IMG/VR virus record: IMGVR_UViG_3300020421_002402
Coordinates: 32,001 to 96,000 of that record
Origin: a virus
Strand: one strand, 5' to 3'
Length of the DNA: 64,000 bases
Positions 37,278-48,359 of this stretch are shown here, piece after piece. Position numbers and translations under genes: made by a program. The notes below the pieces were generated by a model. It was not told the DNA's origin and searched no databases. It worked only from the letters and a program-made list of their open reading frames with translations. Numbering within the stretch: the first letter of the stretch is position 1; the number at the start of each line of letters is the position of its first letter.

Positions 37278-37880
37278 ATGGCAGTAGAAATGACAGTTCC
37301 AATGGTAAAATGGAATAAACGTGCTATCCCTGAAGGCGAAACAGATTACGCATGGGTTGAAGAGGATAGTAAAGAAATTTTTGAAGGAAAACGTGTTGTA
37401 GTATTTGCACTACCTGGTGCTTTTACACCTACATGTAGTAGTACACATTTACCTGGATACGAAGCAAAATATGATGACATTATTGCTGAAGACGTAGATG
37501 CAGTATATTGCCTTAGTGTAAATGATTCTTTTGTAATGAATTCGTGGTTTGCAGACCAAGGTATTGTAAAAGTACAACCAATTGCAGATGGTAATGGTGA
37601 ATTTACACGTCATATGGGTATGCTTGTAGAAAAATCAGCAGTATGTTTTGGATTGAGAAGCCAAAGATATTCAATGGTTGTTGATAACGGCTTTATAGAA
37701 AATATCTTCTGTGAAGACGGAAAGGAAGATAACTTTGCAGGTGACCCTTTTGATATTAGTGATGCAGACACAATGCTTGAATATTTGCAAAATGTCAAAG
37801 AACTAAGACGTGAAGAAATTGCTAGGTTCCAAGAAGAACAAGAAAGAGCAGAAGCAGAAGAGATTGAAGAAGATGTCTAA
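37278..37880 (+). CDS. peroxiredoxin (Prx5 type)
   Basis: LPGAFTPTCS..HLPG, SVND.FVM..W, ADGNGEF. Confidence 0.92.
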   Translation: MAVEMTVPMVKWNKRAIPEGETDYAWVEEDSKEIFEGKRVVVFALPGAFTPTCSSTHLPGYEAKYDDIIAEDVDAVYCLSVNDSFVMNSWFADQGIVKVQPIADGNGEFTRHMGMLVEKSAVCFGLRSQRYSMVVDNGFIENIFCEDGKEDNFAGDPFDISDADTMLEYLQNVKELRREEIARFQEEQERAEAEEIEEDV

Positions 37881-38712
37881 TATTATTTTACCAACTGCGT
37901 CAGAAGTAGATGCTGTAGACGAATCAGCATTTATTTGGGACGATTTGTTAGATGGTATTTTAACACTCGAACAAGGTAAAGCAATTAAATGTATCACAGA
38001 CCAACTTGATGCTGATGATGTTTTGTCTATTAGAGAAGCCTATGCAGGTACAGGAAAAACTGCTAACTTCATTAGAGAAAATTCAACACATGGTGATAGT
38101 TTCAAAATTACAACAGTTGACCAATTTATAGACACATATCTATACACTGGAGACTATTTTGAAAACTGTGAAAATGCATCTAATGTTTATAAATTAGATG
38201 TAAGTGTTACAAGAGAGATTGTATTTGATGAAGATGGTACACCAACTGAAGTTAAAGTATATGATCCTTATTCAGAGAGTGAACCAAAGTTAATTAGAAC
38301 AATTGACTTAGCAGTACAACCTTCGTTTTTAACCAAACAAAAACTATCTGAAGTAGATCCTTTAATAGCACCTAAGTCTGCTATTGTGAATGCAGACGGT
38401 GATACGTTAGGAACTACTGGAGACTTTGAGCCTAAAGTCGTAATTTATATGACTTGGCCCATTACATTAGGTAGTGAAGAACATGAAAAGGATGCCTTAG
38501 ACAGAGAATTTGCCGCAGTATTAAAAGCATTACCCGTAGGAGGAGTATTGTTTGTTACGCACTTTCAACTACCTAAAACTAATGGTTGTTTTTGGAATGC
38601 ATACGAAGGTGTAAAACATGCAGGCTATACATTCGAAGAAAGTTGGGTTATAAATACAGAGCCAGATGGCAGTGGTCCTTGGACATGTGGTATTGTAAAA
38701 CGGCTCAGTTAA
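37873..38712 (+). CDS. divergent methyltransferase-fold protein, paralog A
   Basis: EAYAGTGKT, LKALPVGGVLF; start reassigned by alignment with paralog. Confidence 0.6.
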   Translation: MSNIILPTASEVDAVDESAFIWDDLLDGILTLEQGKAIKCITDQLDADDVLSIREAYAGTGKTANFIRENSTHGDSFKITTVDQFIDTYLYTGDYFENCENASNVYKLDVSVTREIVFDEDGTPTEVKVYDPYSESEPKLIRTIDLAVQPSFLTKQKLSEVDPLIAPKSAIVNADGDTLGTTGDFEPKVVIYMTWPITLGSEEHEKDALDREFAAVLKALPVGGVLFVTHFQLPKTNGCFWNAYEGVKHAGYTFEESWVINTEPDGSGPWTCGIVKRLS

Positions 38713-38760
38713 TGCTTTTTAGATAAATAGTTTAGTAAAATTATTAAATTGGAGTAAAGA

Positions 38761-39723
38761 ATGCCTAATATTACATTGCCTACTGAAGCAGAAAGAGCCG
38801 CAGTAGATACCTCATCATTTACTTGGTCAAATTCAGAACCAGGTTCATTAACTAAACCTCACGGTGCATTACTAAAACTTATTGGTGACCAACTAGAGTC
38901 CGGTGAATATGTACAAGTTATTTCAATGAGTAGAGGAACAGGCAAAACTCCAAAATTTATTGCTCAAAATACTACAAATGGTGCAGACCTTAAAATTGTA
39001 TTGAGAGACGATTTTGGTGAAAATAAAGGCGCCAACGCATTAGAACAAAATAAAGTAGGCTCGTTTTCAACTTTTGTAGACTCTACTTCTAGAGCAAATG
39101 TTAAAGTTTTATTAGGTTCTGTTGACAATGTTTATCTACAAGACTTAGATGGCGTTATTGTTAATAATAACTTCGTAGTTACATATACAAATACTGAAAC
39201 AGGTGCTGAGATTGTTACTCTTGATAAGTCAGGTGCATGTACACCATTCAACGATATGACCACTGAAGAACTCAATACAGAACTTGGATATCCTCTAGCA
39301 GACTTCCATACTAAAGAAGTATTGTTAAATAAAGATGATGCCAAATTAGACGGTGGCGGTGATAGACCTTCTTCATATGATGTTATATGTGTTTGTCCTC
39401 CACCTCATTTAACACAAACATTAATGAGGGAAGCCAATCACAGATTCGATTTAATTGATTCAGATGATGACGCAACTGAACAAGCAAGACTTGAAGCATG
39501 GATAAAACGTGACTTTACAATAGGATTTTTGAAAGTTTGGAATAAACTTCCTGTTGGTGGTGTTGCTATCTATGATAAAATACACCTTCCTGTAATCAAT
39601 CAAGCAATTTTAGACGGACAAGCACATTTAGATGCCGCAACATATGACTCATGTCTTTACAATAACACAGAGTCAGATTACACTGGTGCATATCAGTCGT
39701 TTGCTATCAAGAAATTGTCTTAA
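38761..39723 (+). CDS. divergent methyltransferase-fold protein, paralog B
   Basis: SRGTGKT, WNKLPVGGVAIYD. Confidence 0.6.
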   Translation: MPNITLPTEAERAAVDTSSFTWSNSEPGSLTKPHGALLKLIGDQLESGEYVQVISMSRGTGKTPKFIAQNTTNGADLKIVLRDDFGENKGANALEQNKVGSFSTFVDSTSRANVKVLLGSVDNVYLQDLDGVIVNNNFVVTYTNTETGAEIVTLDKSGACTPFNDMTTEELNTELGYPLADFHTKEVLLNKDDAKLDGGGDRPSSYDVICVCPPPHLTQTLMREANHRFDLIDSDDDATEQARLEAWIKRDFTIGFLKVWNKLPVGGVAIYDKIHLPVINQAILDGQAHLDAATYDSCLYNNTESDYTGAYQSFAIKKLS

Positions 39724-39750
39724 TAAACAAAATCATTCATAAATATCTGT

Positions 39751-40965
39751 ATGAAACTCGCTATCACTGGAGTGGGTATTGTCTCGCCTTTAGGCAATAG
39801 TCTCTCTGAAAACATACAAAATTTAAAGGCTTTACAAGTTCCTATTCAGGATTATAGACCACAAGGTCATTTTAGTGATTGGATTTTAAATGTTGAAAAA
39901 GCATTTCACACTAATTATGAAGATGTGGATTTAGAAGGTTTAATTGAACCTAAAAATAAACGTTGGTTAGATCCTACTGTTGTTACAAGCATGATTGCTG
40001 TAAATGAAGCAGTAGAAATGAGCGGCTTAGATTTTCCTGATGATACACCAGTTTTTGTAGGCACCATAAGAGGTGGTGCACCAAACTTAGCAAGGTATGG
40101 ACAAATACTGCATCAAAATAAACGTAAAGTACACCCCCAAATTTTATTAAGTAGTTCACATGAATACGTCAGTAATCATGTTAGCAGTCATTACAAATGG
40201 CATGGTGCTAGTATGGGTACAAGTGGTACATGTATTAGTGGAGTACAAGCATTAGACCTTGCCAAAAAGTATATGATGACAGAAGGTTATACTTGTGCTG
40301 TTGTAGGTGCAACAGACTTTATGACTAGTTCAATGAGTACTATATACTTTCAACTATTAGGTGCAATTAGTCCAACAGGTAGAAGTGTACCTTGGGACGA
40401 AAGTAGAGATGGTTTTGTAATGGGCGAAGGTACAGTTTATCTGGTAGTTGAGCCTTTAGAACTTGCTAGGGAGAGAGGAGCAAATATCAGATGGGTAGTA
40501 GATGGTATCGGGATAGCGAACGATGGTGCCCATGCTACCCAACCTGATTTGGAAGGCACTGGTGCCAGGATTGCTATTGATAAAGCATTATCACAAGCAG
40601 GCACCAGTGCTGTAGATTATACTGTATTGAATGCTCATGCTACTAGTACACCATTTGGTGACCCTGTAGAGTATAACGTGTTGAAAGATTACTTTCCAGA
40701 GGGAAGTCACTTGTATGGAAACAAAAGTCAAGTGGGCCATTTAATGGGTGCTAGTGGATTAGCAGAAGTAGTGTTAGGTGCAGAAGCAATGAAGCAAGGA
40801 TTTGTTCCTGCAAATGCAAATTTAGTGAAACCATTTACAGAAGATGGTTATTTTAATTTATTGTCTCAAATAGAAGAAAAAGAATACACAAGGCTGTTTA
40901 AAACTAGTTTTGGATTTGGTGGTAGAAGTGCCGCAGTGAGTGTAGTAGATGAAAGAGAAGTTTAA
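39751..40965 (+). CDS. fabF: beta-ketoacyl-ACP synthase (FabF/FabB-like)
   Basis: GTCISG, RDGFVMGEG, NAHATST, GHLMGASG, SFGFGG. Confidence 0.88.
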   Translation: MKLAITGVGIVSPLGNSLSENIQNLKALQVPIQDYRPQGHFSDWILNVEKAFHTNYEDVDLEGLIEPKNKRWLDPTVVTSMIAVNEAVEMSGLDFPDDTPVFVGTIRGGAPNLARYGQILHQNKRKVHPQILLSSSHEYVSNHVSSHYKWHGASMGTSGTCISGVQALDLAKKYMMTEGYTCAVVGATDFMTSSMSTIYFQLLGAISPTGRSVPWDESRDGFVMGEGTVYLVVEPLELARERGANIRWVVDGIGIANDGAHATQPDLEGTGARIAIDKALSQAGTSAVDYTVLNAHATSTPFGDPVEYNVLKDYFPEGSHLYGNKSQVGHLMGASGLAEVVLGAEAMKQGFVPANANLVKPFTEDGYFNLLSQIEEKEYTRLFKTSFGFGGRSAAVSVVDEREV

Positions 40966-41452
40966 ACATGCATTTATGGATTGTGCAGAAAGATTTGCAC
41001 AATTAAGTAGTGCCAAACGTGCCCAAGTAGGAGCATGTATTGTTAAAGACAATAGAATAATTAGTATTGGTTACAATGGCATGCCAAGTGGATGGACAAA
41101 TGATTGTGAAAACACAGACACCTGGAATGATATTCCTCACATGAGGCAAGAGTGGGAAAGTCAAGGAGCAAAGTTTCATGATTCGCCACACGGTGCTACT
41201 TGGAGTAGATTAAAAACAAAGCCAGAAGTATTACATGCAGAAACTAATGCTATTGCAAAGGTGGCACAAAGTAATGAAAACTGTAAAGATGCTACATTGT
41301 TTTGTACACATGAACCATGCATGGATTGTGCAAAGTTAATTTACCAGTCAGGTATTACAACAGTTATATTCAAACATACTTACCAAGCAGACAAAGGTTC
41401 GGGTAGAGAGTTTTTAGAAAAAAGTGGTTGCATTGTGGAACACATACAATGA
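40949..41452 (+). CDS. dCMP deaminase
   Basis: IGYNG, HAETNAI, PCMDC. Confidence 0.92.
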   Translation: MKEKFKHAFMDCAERFAQLSSAKRAQVGACIVKDNRIISIGYNGMPSGWTNDCENTDTWNDIPHMRQEWESQGAKFHDSPHGATWSRLKTKPEVLHAETNAIAKVAQSNENCKDATLFCTHEPCMDCAKLIYQSGITTVIFKHTYQADKGSGREFLEKSGCIVEHIQ

Positions 41453-42024
41453 AGATAGCAATCACAGGACATCTAAATGGTATAGGAAAAAGTTGCTATG
41501 AATTGCTTTCACATAAAGGACATAATGTAATTGGATTTGATGTAGAAGACAGTTCAGGTGATATTGCAAAAGACAGAGACGACATTATCTTAAAAGCAAA
41601 CAACTGTGAAGTATTCATAAACAATGCATTTACAATGTCAGGTGCTCAAATTGATATGTTCAATGAGATATATGAGAAGTGGAAAGATGAACCAAAGCAA
41701 ATAATAAATATTTGTAGTGCTTCAAAGTTTTACCCAAACATTTTTAGTGCAGGAATAGATTATAATTATATTGCTAAGAAAAAAGTTCTTTGGAAAAACA
41801 TTGTAAAGACACATTCAGACAAAATAATGCCTGATGTTAAAGTGAGAGTACATACTGTAAGTCCTGGACTTGTAGATACAAATATAACTAAACCTCTTAA
41901 AGACGATACATATAAAATGAGTCCGGATAGTGTTGCATTATATGTAGCATGGGTATTAGAGCAACCTGATGACATAGAAGTATTAGATGTTGCTGTGAGA
42001 AGAAAACCACATGAAGATAGATAA
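41449..42024 (+). CDS. short-chain dehydrogenase/reductase-like
   Basis: ITGHLNGIG, FINNA, YIAKK, VSPGLVDT. Confidence 0.8.
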   Translation: MKIAITGHLNGIGKSCYELLSHKGHNVIGFDVEDSSGDIAKDRDDIILKANNCEVFINNAFTMSGAQIDMFNEIYEKWKDEPKQIINICSASKFYPNIFSAGIDYNYIAKKKVLWKNIVKTHSDKIMPDVKVRVHTVSPGLVDTNITKPLKDDTYKMSPDSVALYVAWVLEQPDDIEVLDVAVRRKPHEDR

Positions 42025-42946
42025 AATAAAAGATGTAGCAGTAAGAATAAATTGCGATTTAGCAAAACTCACGGAACAAGATTATCAAGACATAAACGAA
42101 TTATATTTAAAAAACTTAATCATAGTTTTTGAAAACCAACCTTTTGAAACAATACCATTTGCAAAACTTATACATAAAATGGGTACATTTGCTAATTGGG
42201 AACAAATGCTATGGCATCAAGATGGTACAAGCAGACCTAAATCAGAATACTTAGATCCTTTCACATTTGAAGGTAGTGACAACGAATATCCTTTACAGCG
42301 AGTAACAGGTGAAAAAACTGAGAAAGGAATGGCTACAGGCATATTTGGTAATGGCGAATTAGATTGGCATAGCAATATGAATGGAGATATGGATAGAGCA
42401 AGAGGTGTTGCACTACAAGGTGCTTGGCACAGTGAAAACACTCATACTGCATTTATGAATACCGTAAGTGCATATAGAGATTTACCTGATGATGTTAAAC
42501 AAAGATGTGAAGGTGTAGTTGGAGACTTTGAGTATGCACCTGAGAACTGGGCAAAAGGCGTTCCTACACCACAACTAATGGCAATGAAAGGGTTTGGTAT
42601 AGTTAATCACAAGTACCAAATGAACCTTTTACACGAGTCCTTTGACGGCGGAAAGGGCCTATATTTACACTTTCATAATAATTGTAAGTTTCCTACAGAC
42701 CCAGAACTTAAGAATATACTAATAGAACATTGTTTACAAGACAAATATGTTTATGAACACAAATGGAATCCAGGTGATATTGTTGTAAGTGACCAAGTTC
42801 TTACATTACATAAAAGAGTAGAATGGGAACCTGAAATTATTGCAAAACGTGTATTACACAGGATTACATTCCATTATGATAGAATCATAGATAATTACTT
42901 TGACGAATATACTAAAATAAAGGAGTCAAATACGTTAGAATACTAG
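42011..42946 (+). CDS. TauD/TfdA-family dioxygenase
   Basis: WHSN, TAF..AY..LP, HKWNPGDIVVSD..LHKR, RVLHR. Confidence 0.8.
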   Translation: MKIDKIKDVAVRINCDLAKLTEQDYQDINELYLKNLIIVFENQPFETIPFAKLIHKMGTFANWEQMLWHQDGTSRPKSEYLDPFTFEGSDNEYPLQRVTGEKTEKGMATGIFGNGELDWHSNMNGDMDRARGVALQGAWHSENTHTAFMNTVSAYRDLPDDVKQRCEGVVGDFEYAPENWAKGVPTPQLMAMKGFGIVNHKYQMNLLHESFDGGKGLYLHFHNNCKFPTDPELKNILIEHCLQDKYVYEHKWNPGDIVVSDQVLTLHKRVEWEPEIIAKRVLHRITFHYDRIIDNYFDEYTKIKESNTLEY

Positions 42947-42981
42947 TTGACATTAGTATCAAAATACCGTATAATGTATAA

Positions 42982-43221
42982 ATGAGCAAAAAGTCTAAGA
43001 CACAAATGACTAAAGCAGAACTAATTGACCTTGCATACACATTAGAAAACAAGGTTAAAGAGTTAGAAGAACAAATAGAAACAATGCAAAACGATAGGAT
43101 TGCATTGGATACTATTATTGCTGACCAAGACACTAGTATGATTATTAGTGGAATGAATGCACGAATCAAAATGCTTGAGGACAAAATCTTAGACGTAGAA
43201 AGTAGGAAAAATTATGAATAA
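42982..43221 (+). CDS. coiled-coil protein
   Basis: Leaderless after TTGACA-17-TATAAT 42947-42975. Confidence 0.7.
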   Translation: MSKKSKTQMTKAELIDLAYTLENKVKELEEQIETMQNDRIALDTIIADQDTSMIISGMNARIKMLEDKILDVESRKNYE

Positions 43222-43594
43222 AGTATTTGTATATGGTTCACTTAAAAGTGGCGGAGAAATAAGAGGACTAAACCAATTTGGAGAAGGTGCTAGTATTGTT
43301 GGTAAAGCAAAAACACAATATCCGGATTATGAAATGTCTGACTTAGGAGCATTTCCAGGAGTTTTTTTGAATGGTAAATTTCACATACAAGGTGAAGTAT
43401 GGGAAGTCAGCGATGAAGTATTAGAACAACTGGATGCCATTGAAGGGTATCCTGAGTTTTATAATAGACAAATTGTACACACCACCGAAGGCAAAGCATT
43501 TATGTATTTTTTACCTGAAACAGGATATGAACAATACAAAGGTGTTAGAGGCGACAACGTAACTGAAGATGGAGATACATTGGTATGGCGTTAG
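43214..43594 (+). CDS. gamma-glutamylcyclotransferase (AIG2-like)
   Basis: VFVYGSLK, GEVWEV, LDAIEG..Y.R. Confidence 0.88.
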   Translation: MNKVFVYGSLKSGGEIRGLNQFGEGASIVGKAKTQYPDYEMSDLGAFPGVFLNGKFHIQGEVWEVSDEVLEQLDAIEGYPEFYNRQIVHTTEGKAFMYFLPETGYEQYKGVRGDNVTEDGDTLVWR

Positions 43595-43893
43595 ACACAT
43601 TGACACTTATAGATAAAATTGGACAATGGCATCATGATAGAAATCTTATAGAAGGTTCAGATGATAAATCACAATTTGCTAAACTTATTCAAGAAGCAGG
43701 TGAGTTATCTGATAACATTTGTAAAGGCAAAGACGTATCAGATGACATTGGTGATATGATTGTAGTATTGATTAATATAGCAGAGAGAAACAATCTCACT
43801 ATACAAGAATGTTTACAACAAGCATGGGACGACATCAAAGACCGTAAAGGCAAAATGGTCGATGGTGTCTTTGTGAAAGAAGGAGATAGTTAA
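43585..43893 (+). CDS. MazG-like nucleotide pyrophosphohydrolase
   Basis: KLIQEAGEL, DDIGD, IKDRKG..DGVFVKE. Confidence 0.85.
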   Translation: MALDTLTLIDKIGQWHHDRNLIEGSDDKSQFAKLIQEAGELSDNICKGKDVSDDIGDMIVVLINIAERNNLTIQECLQQAWDDIKDRKGKMVDGVFVKEGDS

Positions 43894-44031
43894 TGACAAC
43901 TTTTTTACTTATAGTGTTAGGAATCATCATAGGATGGTTTATACCTAGACCCTATCAAATTGGTGACCTTGAAGACAAATGGATAGGTCCACTGAAAGAA
44001 AAAGTTCCTTATCACTTACGTTGGTGGTAAG

Positions 44032-45288
44032 ATGATTGTCCGTGTAATTATACAAAACCAGTATAAAGAAGAACTGCATAACAATGAATGGTTTGCAGAC
44101 ATGGGAGATTGGAGAAATGCTGAAGGGTATGCATCTACAAAGTTATTTGGATTTTGGAGAAAAAAATACGAATACGGCACTATCTTAATGTCTGAGTTAC
44201 TAGATAATAGCATTAATAATGATGACAACTTATATGAAATAAGTGATGTTGAATGGTATTTACTGAAAGACGACATCAAAGAGCAGTTTGTCGACAACAG
44301 AAACATTGTAATTTCAAATAGTGCTGAAGCATTTTTATACGGTTTATCAAAATCAGACAAATATGATTTAAATGATTACACAATTCCATTAAACCCAAAC
44401 TACTTTGATAAGTCTGAACTTGCTAAAAAATTTATTGTGGTTTGGGATAATATAAACAAAACTGTTCCTAGTTTGTATCCACATATTCATTTTATAAACA
44501 CTGATTTCTTTTTATTAGAAGCAATATCACATCTAGATGCAGTTACAAGTAGATGGACTAAAACTGAAAACGGAAAGGTACTTGAAACTAGTCTTACAAA
44601 AATAAATCCTGTAGAGGAGTATGCACCTTGGATTAAAAAATTACCTAATTTTGCATACGGCTATGACAAGTTTATAGAACTTAATCTATCTAATTTATTA
44701 GCAAAGCAACATAACTTTGTATGTTTATTTGGTTTTGAAAAGCCACATAGACGAGATTTGTTTGATAAAATGATTGAAAACAATTTAGTAGAACGTAATG
44801 TAGTAGGATCCTATGATAAAAGATATCCAAATACACTATACGAACCAACAGAGTCAATGGTACGAGATGGAATAAGAGGACTCAATGACAGAATGATTGC
44901 ACCACAATGGATTCAAAATTGTAAAGTTTGGATTTCAAATGAAACATGGTGGGAAGGTACTGGAGCACATTTAGGACACATCACAGAAAAAACATATAAG
45001 CCTATACAATACGGAATGCCATTTTTAGTTAATGGTGCTCATGGTACTTTAGAGTATTTAGAAGATTTAGGTTTTAAAAGTTATAGAGATATTTTTGGTG
45101 ACTACATTGTAAAAGATGATTTAGAAAAAACAAATGATAATATCATAAACATTATAGAAAACTTACATCCATATATAAAAGATAATGTGGATTACATTAC
45201 AAAATGTGCAGTACATAATTGGCATAGATTAGAACAAATGACTATAGAACAACGACTACAGCAGGTTGAAAATAAGATATGGAATTAA
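44032..45288 (+). CDS. glycosyltransferase-like hypothetical protein
   Basis: NET..ITEKTYKPI..PFLV..L..LGF GT-B-like C-terminus. Confidence 0.55.
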   Translation: MIVRVIIQNQYKEELHNNEWFADMGDWRNAEGYASTKLFGFWRKKYEYGTILMSELLDNSINNDDNLYEISDVEWYLLKDDIKEQFVDNRNIVISNSAEAFLYGLSKSDKYDLNDYTIPLNPNYFDKSELAKKFIVVWDNINKTVPSLYPHIHFINTDFFLLEAISHLDAVTSRWTKTENGKVLETSLTKINPVEEYAPWIKKLPNFAYGYDKFIELNLSNLLAKQHNFVCLFGFEKPHRRDLFDKMIENNLVERNVVGSYDKRYPNTLYEPTESMVRDGIRGLNDRMIAPQWIQNCKVWISNETWWEGTGAHLGHITEKTYKPIQYGMPFLVNGAHGTLEYLEDLGFKSYRDIFGDYIVKDDLEKTNDNIINIIENLHPYIKDNVDYITKCAVHNWHRLEQMTIEQRLQQVENKIWN

Positions 45289-45638
45289 TGTTGATAACAT
45301 ATTTAATGATAAAACATGTAATTGCAGATTACTTTATGCAATACAGTTGGATGATAAAGGACAAAGGTACATATGGTGCCTGGGGAGGATTAGCACATAG
45401 TGGTTGGCATGGTATATTAACTGGCGCCGTTATTGTTTGGTTTGGACACCCTTTATTGTTTGCAATATTACTAGGTCTATTAGATAGTGCGATACATTAT
45501 CACGTAGACTATGTAAAGAGTAACTTCTGGAAGTCAAAGAAGTTAGGTCCTAGTGACCAAGTGTATTGGATAGCACATGGTGTTGACCAATTCTTACATT
45601 TTATGACATACGTTTTATTGGTGATTTTATGCAGATAG
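45279..45638 (+). CDS. DUF3307 membrane protein
   Basis: H.IADY..Q, HYHVD..K, GVDQFLH. Confidence 0.8.
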   Translation: MELMLITYLMIKHVIADYFMQYSWMIKDKGTYGAWGGLAHSGWHGILTGAVIVWFGHPLLFAILLGLLDSAIHYHVDYVKSNFWKSKKLGPSDQVYWIAHGVDQFLHFMTYVLLVILCR

Positions 45639-46687
45639 AAAGAGATATTAAATTAGATTATTCAGATGTATTGTTACGACCTAAAAGAAGCAGATTAGGA
45701 AGTAGAAAAAATGTTGAACTAAAAAGACAATATAAGTTCTTAAACAGTGGCAGAACATATGAAGGCATTCCAATTATAGCGGCTAACATGCAAGGTGTTG
45801 GCACATTTGGAATGGCAGAAGAACTTATTAAAGTACCAATGTTTACATGTTTAGATAAAAACTATCAACCTGCAGACATTTGGGATTGGCTCAGCAATCA
45901 TGTACATAAGCCTGACTTATGTAGAAACATAGCAGTAACAACAGGTATTACAGATGTAGACATTGAACGTATTGATGCTACACTAAAACTATGCAGAAGT
46001 ATAGACTATGTTTGTTTAGATGTTGCTAATGGTTATAGTGAACGTTTCTTAGACTATGTAGCACGTTTTAGAGAGAAGTATCCTAATATAGTTATTATTG
46101 CAGGTAATGTTGTAACTGCTGACATAACAGAAGAACTATTACTAAAAGGAGCAGATATTGTTAAAGTTGGCATTGGGCCTGGTAGTGTTTGTACTACTAG
46201 GATTAAGACTGGCGTTGGATATCCACAACTATCGGCTGTCATGGAATGTGCCGATGCCGCTCACGGTCTTGGTGGACACATCATTGCTGACGGCGGTTGT
46301 ACTAGTCCTGGAGATGTAGCAAAGGCATTTGGTGCCGGTGCAGATTTTGTAATGCTAGGAGGAATGTTAGCAGGTACAAAAGAAGGTATTGGCTACGATG
46401 TTAGGGACGGTGGTAAAGTAGAATTTTTTGGTAGCAGTACCACAGTAGCACAGGAGGAACTAGGCGGTGTACAAGAACATAGAACAAGTGAAGGCAGAGT
46501 TGTTGAGATACCTTTTAAAGGTTCCGTTAATGATGTGGTCACAGACATTTTGGGAGGCTTGCGTAGTGCTTGTACTTATGTTGGTGCTGATAAGTTAAAG
46601 AACTTATCTAAATGCACAACGTTCGTACAGGTTAATGGAGGCAAAACTTATAATCCTATATACGAAGGATTTCAAGTTTCCGAATAG
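45629..46687 (+). CDS. guaC: GMP reductase
   Basis: [42 protein letters not shown]. Confidence 0.95.
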   Translation: MQIERDIKLDYSDVLLRPKRSRLGSRKNVELKRQYKFLNSGRTYEGIPIIAANMQGVGTFGMAEELIKVPMFTCLDKNYQPADIWDWLSNHVHKPDLCRNIAVTTGITDVDIERIDATLKLCRSIDYVCLDVANGYSERFLDYVARFREKYPNIVIIAGNVVTADITEELLLKGADIVKVGIGPGSVCTTRIKTGVGYPQLSAVMECADAAHGLGGHIIADGGCTSPGDVAKAFGAGADFVMLGGMLAGTKEGIGYDVRDGGKVEFFGSSTTVAQEELGGVQEHRTSEGRVVEIPFKGSVNDVVTDILGGLRSACTYVGADKLKNLSKCTTFVQVNGGKTYNPIYEGFQVSE

Positions 46688-46692
46688 GTGTT

Positions 46693-46962
46693 ATGAGCGA
46701 TAATGCACATAATGAAAGAATATATTACAATAGAGAAGGCATGATTATACCAGATAGCGAAAAAGCATGTCACATTATATGGGAACTAGAATTTGAAATG
46801 AAGAACCCACGTAATGATGGCTGGACAGGTTCAGATATGAAAAAACGATTATGGGACATTAAACATAAAGTTGATAAGGCTTTAGTAGATGCGCCAACAT
46901 ATACAGGCGAAGAACCATATGAAGATATATACTTAATGAACAGATTAAAAGGCAAAAATTAA
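46693..46962 (+). CDS. hypothetical protein
   Basis: ORF, NDGWT motif. Confidence 0.65.
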   Translation: MSDNAHNERIYYNREGMIIPDSEKACHIIWELEFEMKNPRNDGWTGSDMKKRLWDIKHKVDKALVDAPTYTGEEPYEDIYLMNRLKGKN

Positions 46963-47756
46963 TGAAATTAGGCATCATAGGAAAAGGCTTTGTAGGCTCA
47001 GCAGTTGCTAATGGCTTTGACCGTGATGTTGAACAGTTTGTGGTGGACCCACAATTCTCAGACAACACACTAGAACAACTTGTCAAATTTGGGCCACCAC
47101 TCCTTTTTATTTGTGTACCTACACCTATAGCAGATGACGGTAGTTGCGACACAACTATTGCAAAAAACGTACTTACTGAGCTTCATAGACTTCAATACAA
47201 GGGTGTTTGTGTTATAAAGAGTACTATTATACCAGACTATTTGCATGAGTTTAAAAGAGATTTTGACCTTAAAATAGTCTATAATCCAGAGTTTTTAACA
47301 GAATCAAATGCAAACGATGACTTTAAAAACCCTCCATTTCAAGTGTTTGGCGGTAAGTGGAAAGACTGTGAAGTAGTTGAAAAAGCATATTTAAGACATA
47401 GTTCTGTTAAGATAGTACCTACGTTTAAAGTAGATTTAACTACCGCAAGTTTATTGAAATACACTATAAACAGTTGGTTAGCAACTAAAGTAACATTCTT
47501 TAATGAATTAAAGTCTTTACATGATTTAGGTAGTAGTATGGTAAGTTGGGAACAATTCACAGACATGTTAAGCAGAGATGAACGTATAGGTAAAACACAC
47601 ATGCAAGTACCCGGACCAGATGGTAAAGAAGGTTTTGGTGGACATTGTTTCCCTAAAGACACAGAAGCATTATTAAATTATGCTGGTAAAAAGAACATTA
47701 AAATGAGTGTATTGCGTAAAGCAGTACATACCAATAAAAAAATTAGAGATAATTAA
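46962..47756 (+). CDS. UDP-glucose/GDP-mannose dehydrogenase-like (short form)
   Basis: GKGFVG, CVPTP, KSTI, NPEFL, GFGGHCFPKD. Confidence 0.88.
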   Translation: MKLGIIGKGFVGSAVANGFDRDVEQFVVDPQFSDNTLEQLVKFGPPLLFICVPTPIADDGSCDTTIAKNVLTELHRLQYKGVCVIKSTIIPDYLHEFKRDFDLKIVYNPEFLTESNANDDFKNPPFQVFGGKWKDCEVVEKAYLRHSSVKIVPTFKVDLTTASLLKYTINSWLATKVTFFNELKSLHDLGSSMVSWEQFTDMLSRDERIGKTHMQVPGPDGKEGFGGHCFPKDTEALLNYAGKKNIKMSVLRKAVHTNKKIRDN

Positions 47757-47915
47757 CAAATAATTTCACACTAATTAAGTAATTTCGGAGAAATTATTTA
47801 ATCTATATCTTTAAATTTTCCTTAATTTTTACTAAATACTAGTAACAAAGTAATTTAGAGTTAATAAAAAATGTAGTATTAACCTGATTACACTTAGAAA
47901 TTAAGGAGTCATAAA

Positions 47916-48284
47916 ATGGCACAAACTCAAAATACAGGAGCCGCAGTTGCTCCAGGTCACGTAGGTGGTAAAGTAATCGCTGGAATCCAAATAGATTTCG
48001 GTGCTGACGTTTCAGCAAAATTGGCTGTTGATGGAGCCGTAGACGCAACATTAAAAGCAATCATGAACGAAGGCTTAACAGCATTCGCAATTGGTACAGT
48101 TGATGCAACAGGTGGAACAGGACAAGGACTTAAAGTTCTTTTCGAAGGTGAACACGGAACAGATACATATGATGGATCTAACAGTGAATCACTAGCGGCT
48201 CACTTGGAAGACGTTGTACAAGCATTAGGCACAGTTGACGGAGTCAACCTAGCAAGTGCGGCAATTACAGCATTTGACCTATAA
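47916..48284 (+). CDS. putative virion protein
   Basis: Late motif CTAAATA, hairpin leader, AAGGAG, Ala/Gly-rich, own terminator. Confidence 0.6.
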   Translation: MAQTQNTGAAVAPGHVGGKVIAGIQIDFGADVSAKLAVDGAVDATLKAIMNEGLTAFAIGTVDATGGTGQGLKVLFEGEHGTDTYDGSNSESLAAHLEDVVQALGTVDGVNLASAAITAFDL

Positions 48285-48304
48285 GCCTTAAAACTTATAA
48301 ACTT

Positions 48305-48335
48305 AAGAAAGGTACCAAACGGTACCTTTCTTTTT
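48305..48335 (+). terminator. intrinsic terminator
   Basis: AAGAAAGGTACC-AAAC-GGTACCTTTCTT-TTT. Confidence 0.85.
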
Positions 48336-48359
48336 GAGTGAATTAAGTAAATAGTAATT

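Noticed and set aside
37810-39723. P-loop NTPase call from GTGKT
   Set aside because: No GxxxxGKT spacing or Walker B; context fits a Rossmann methyltransferase motif I better
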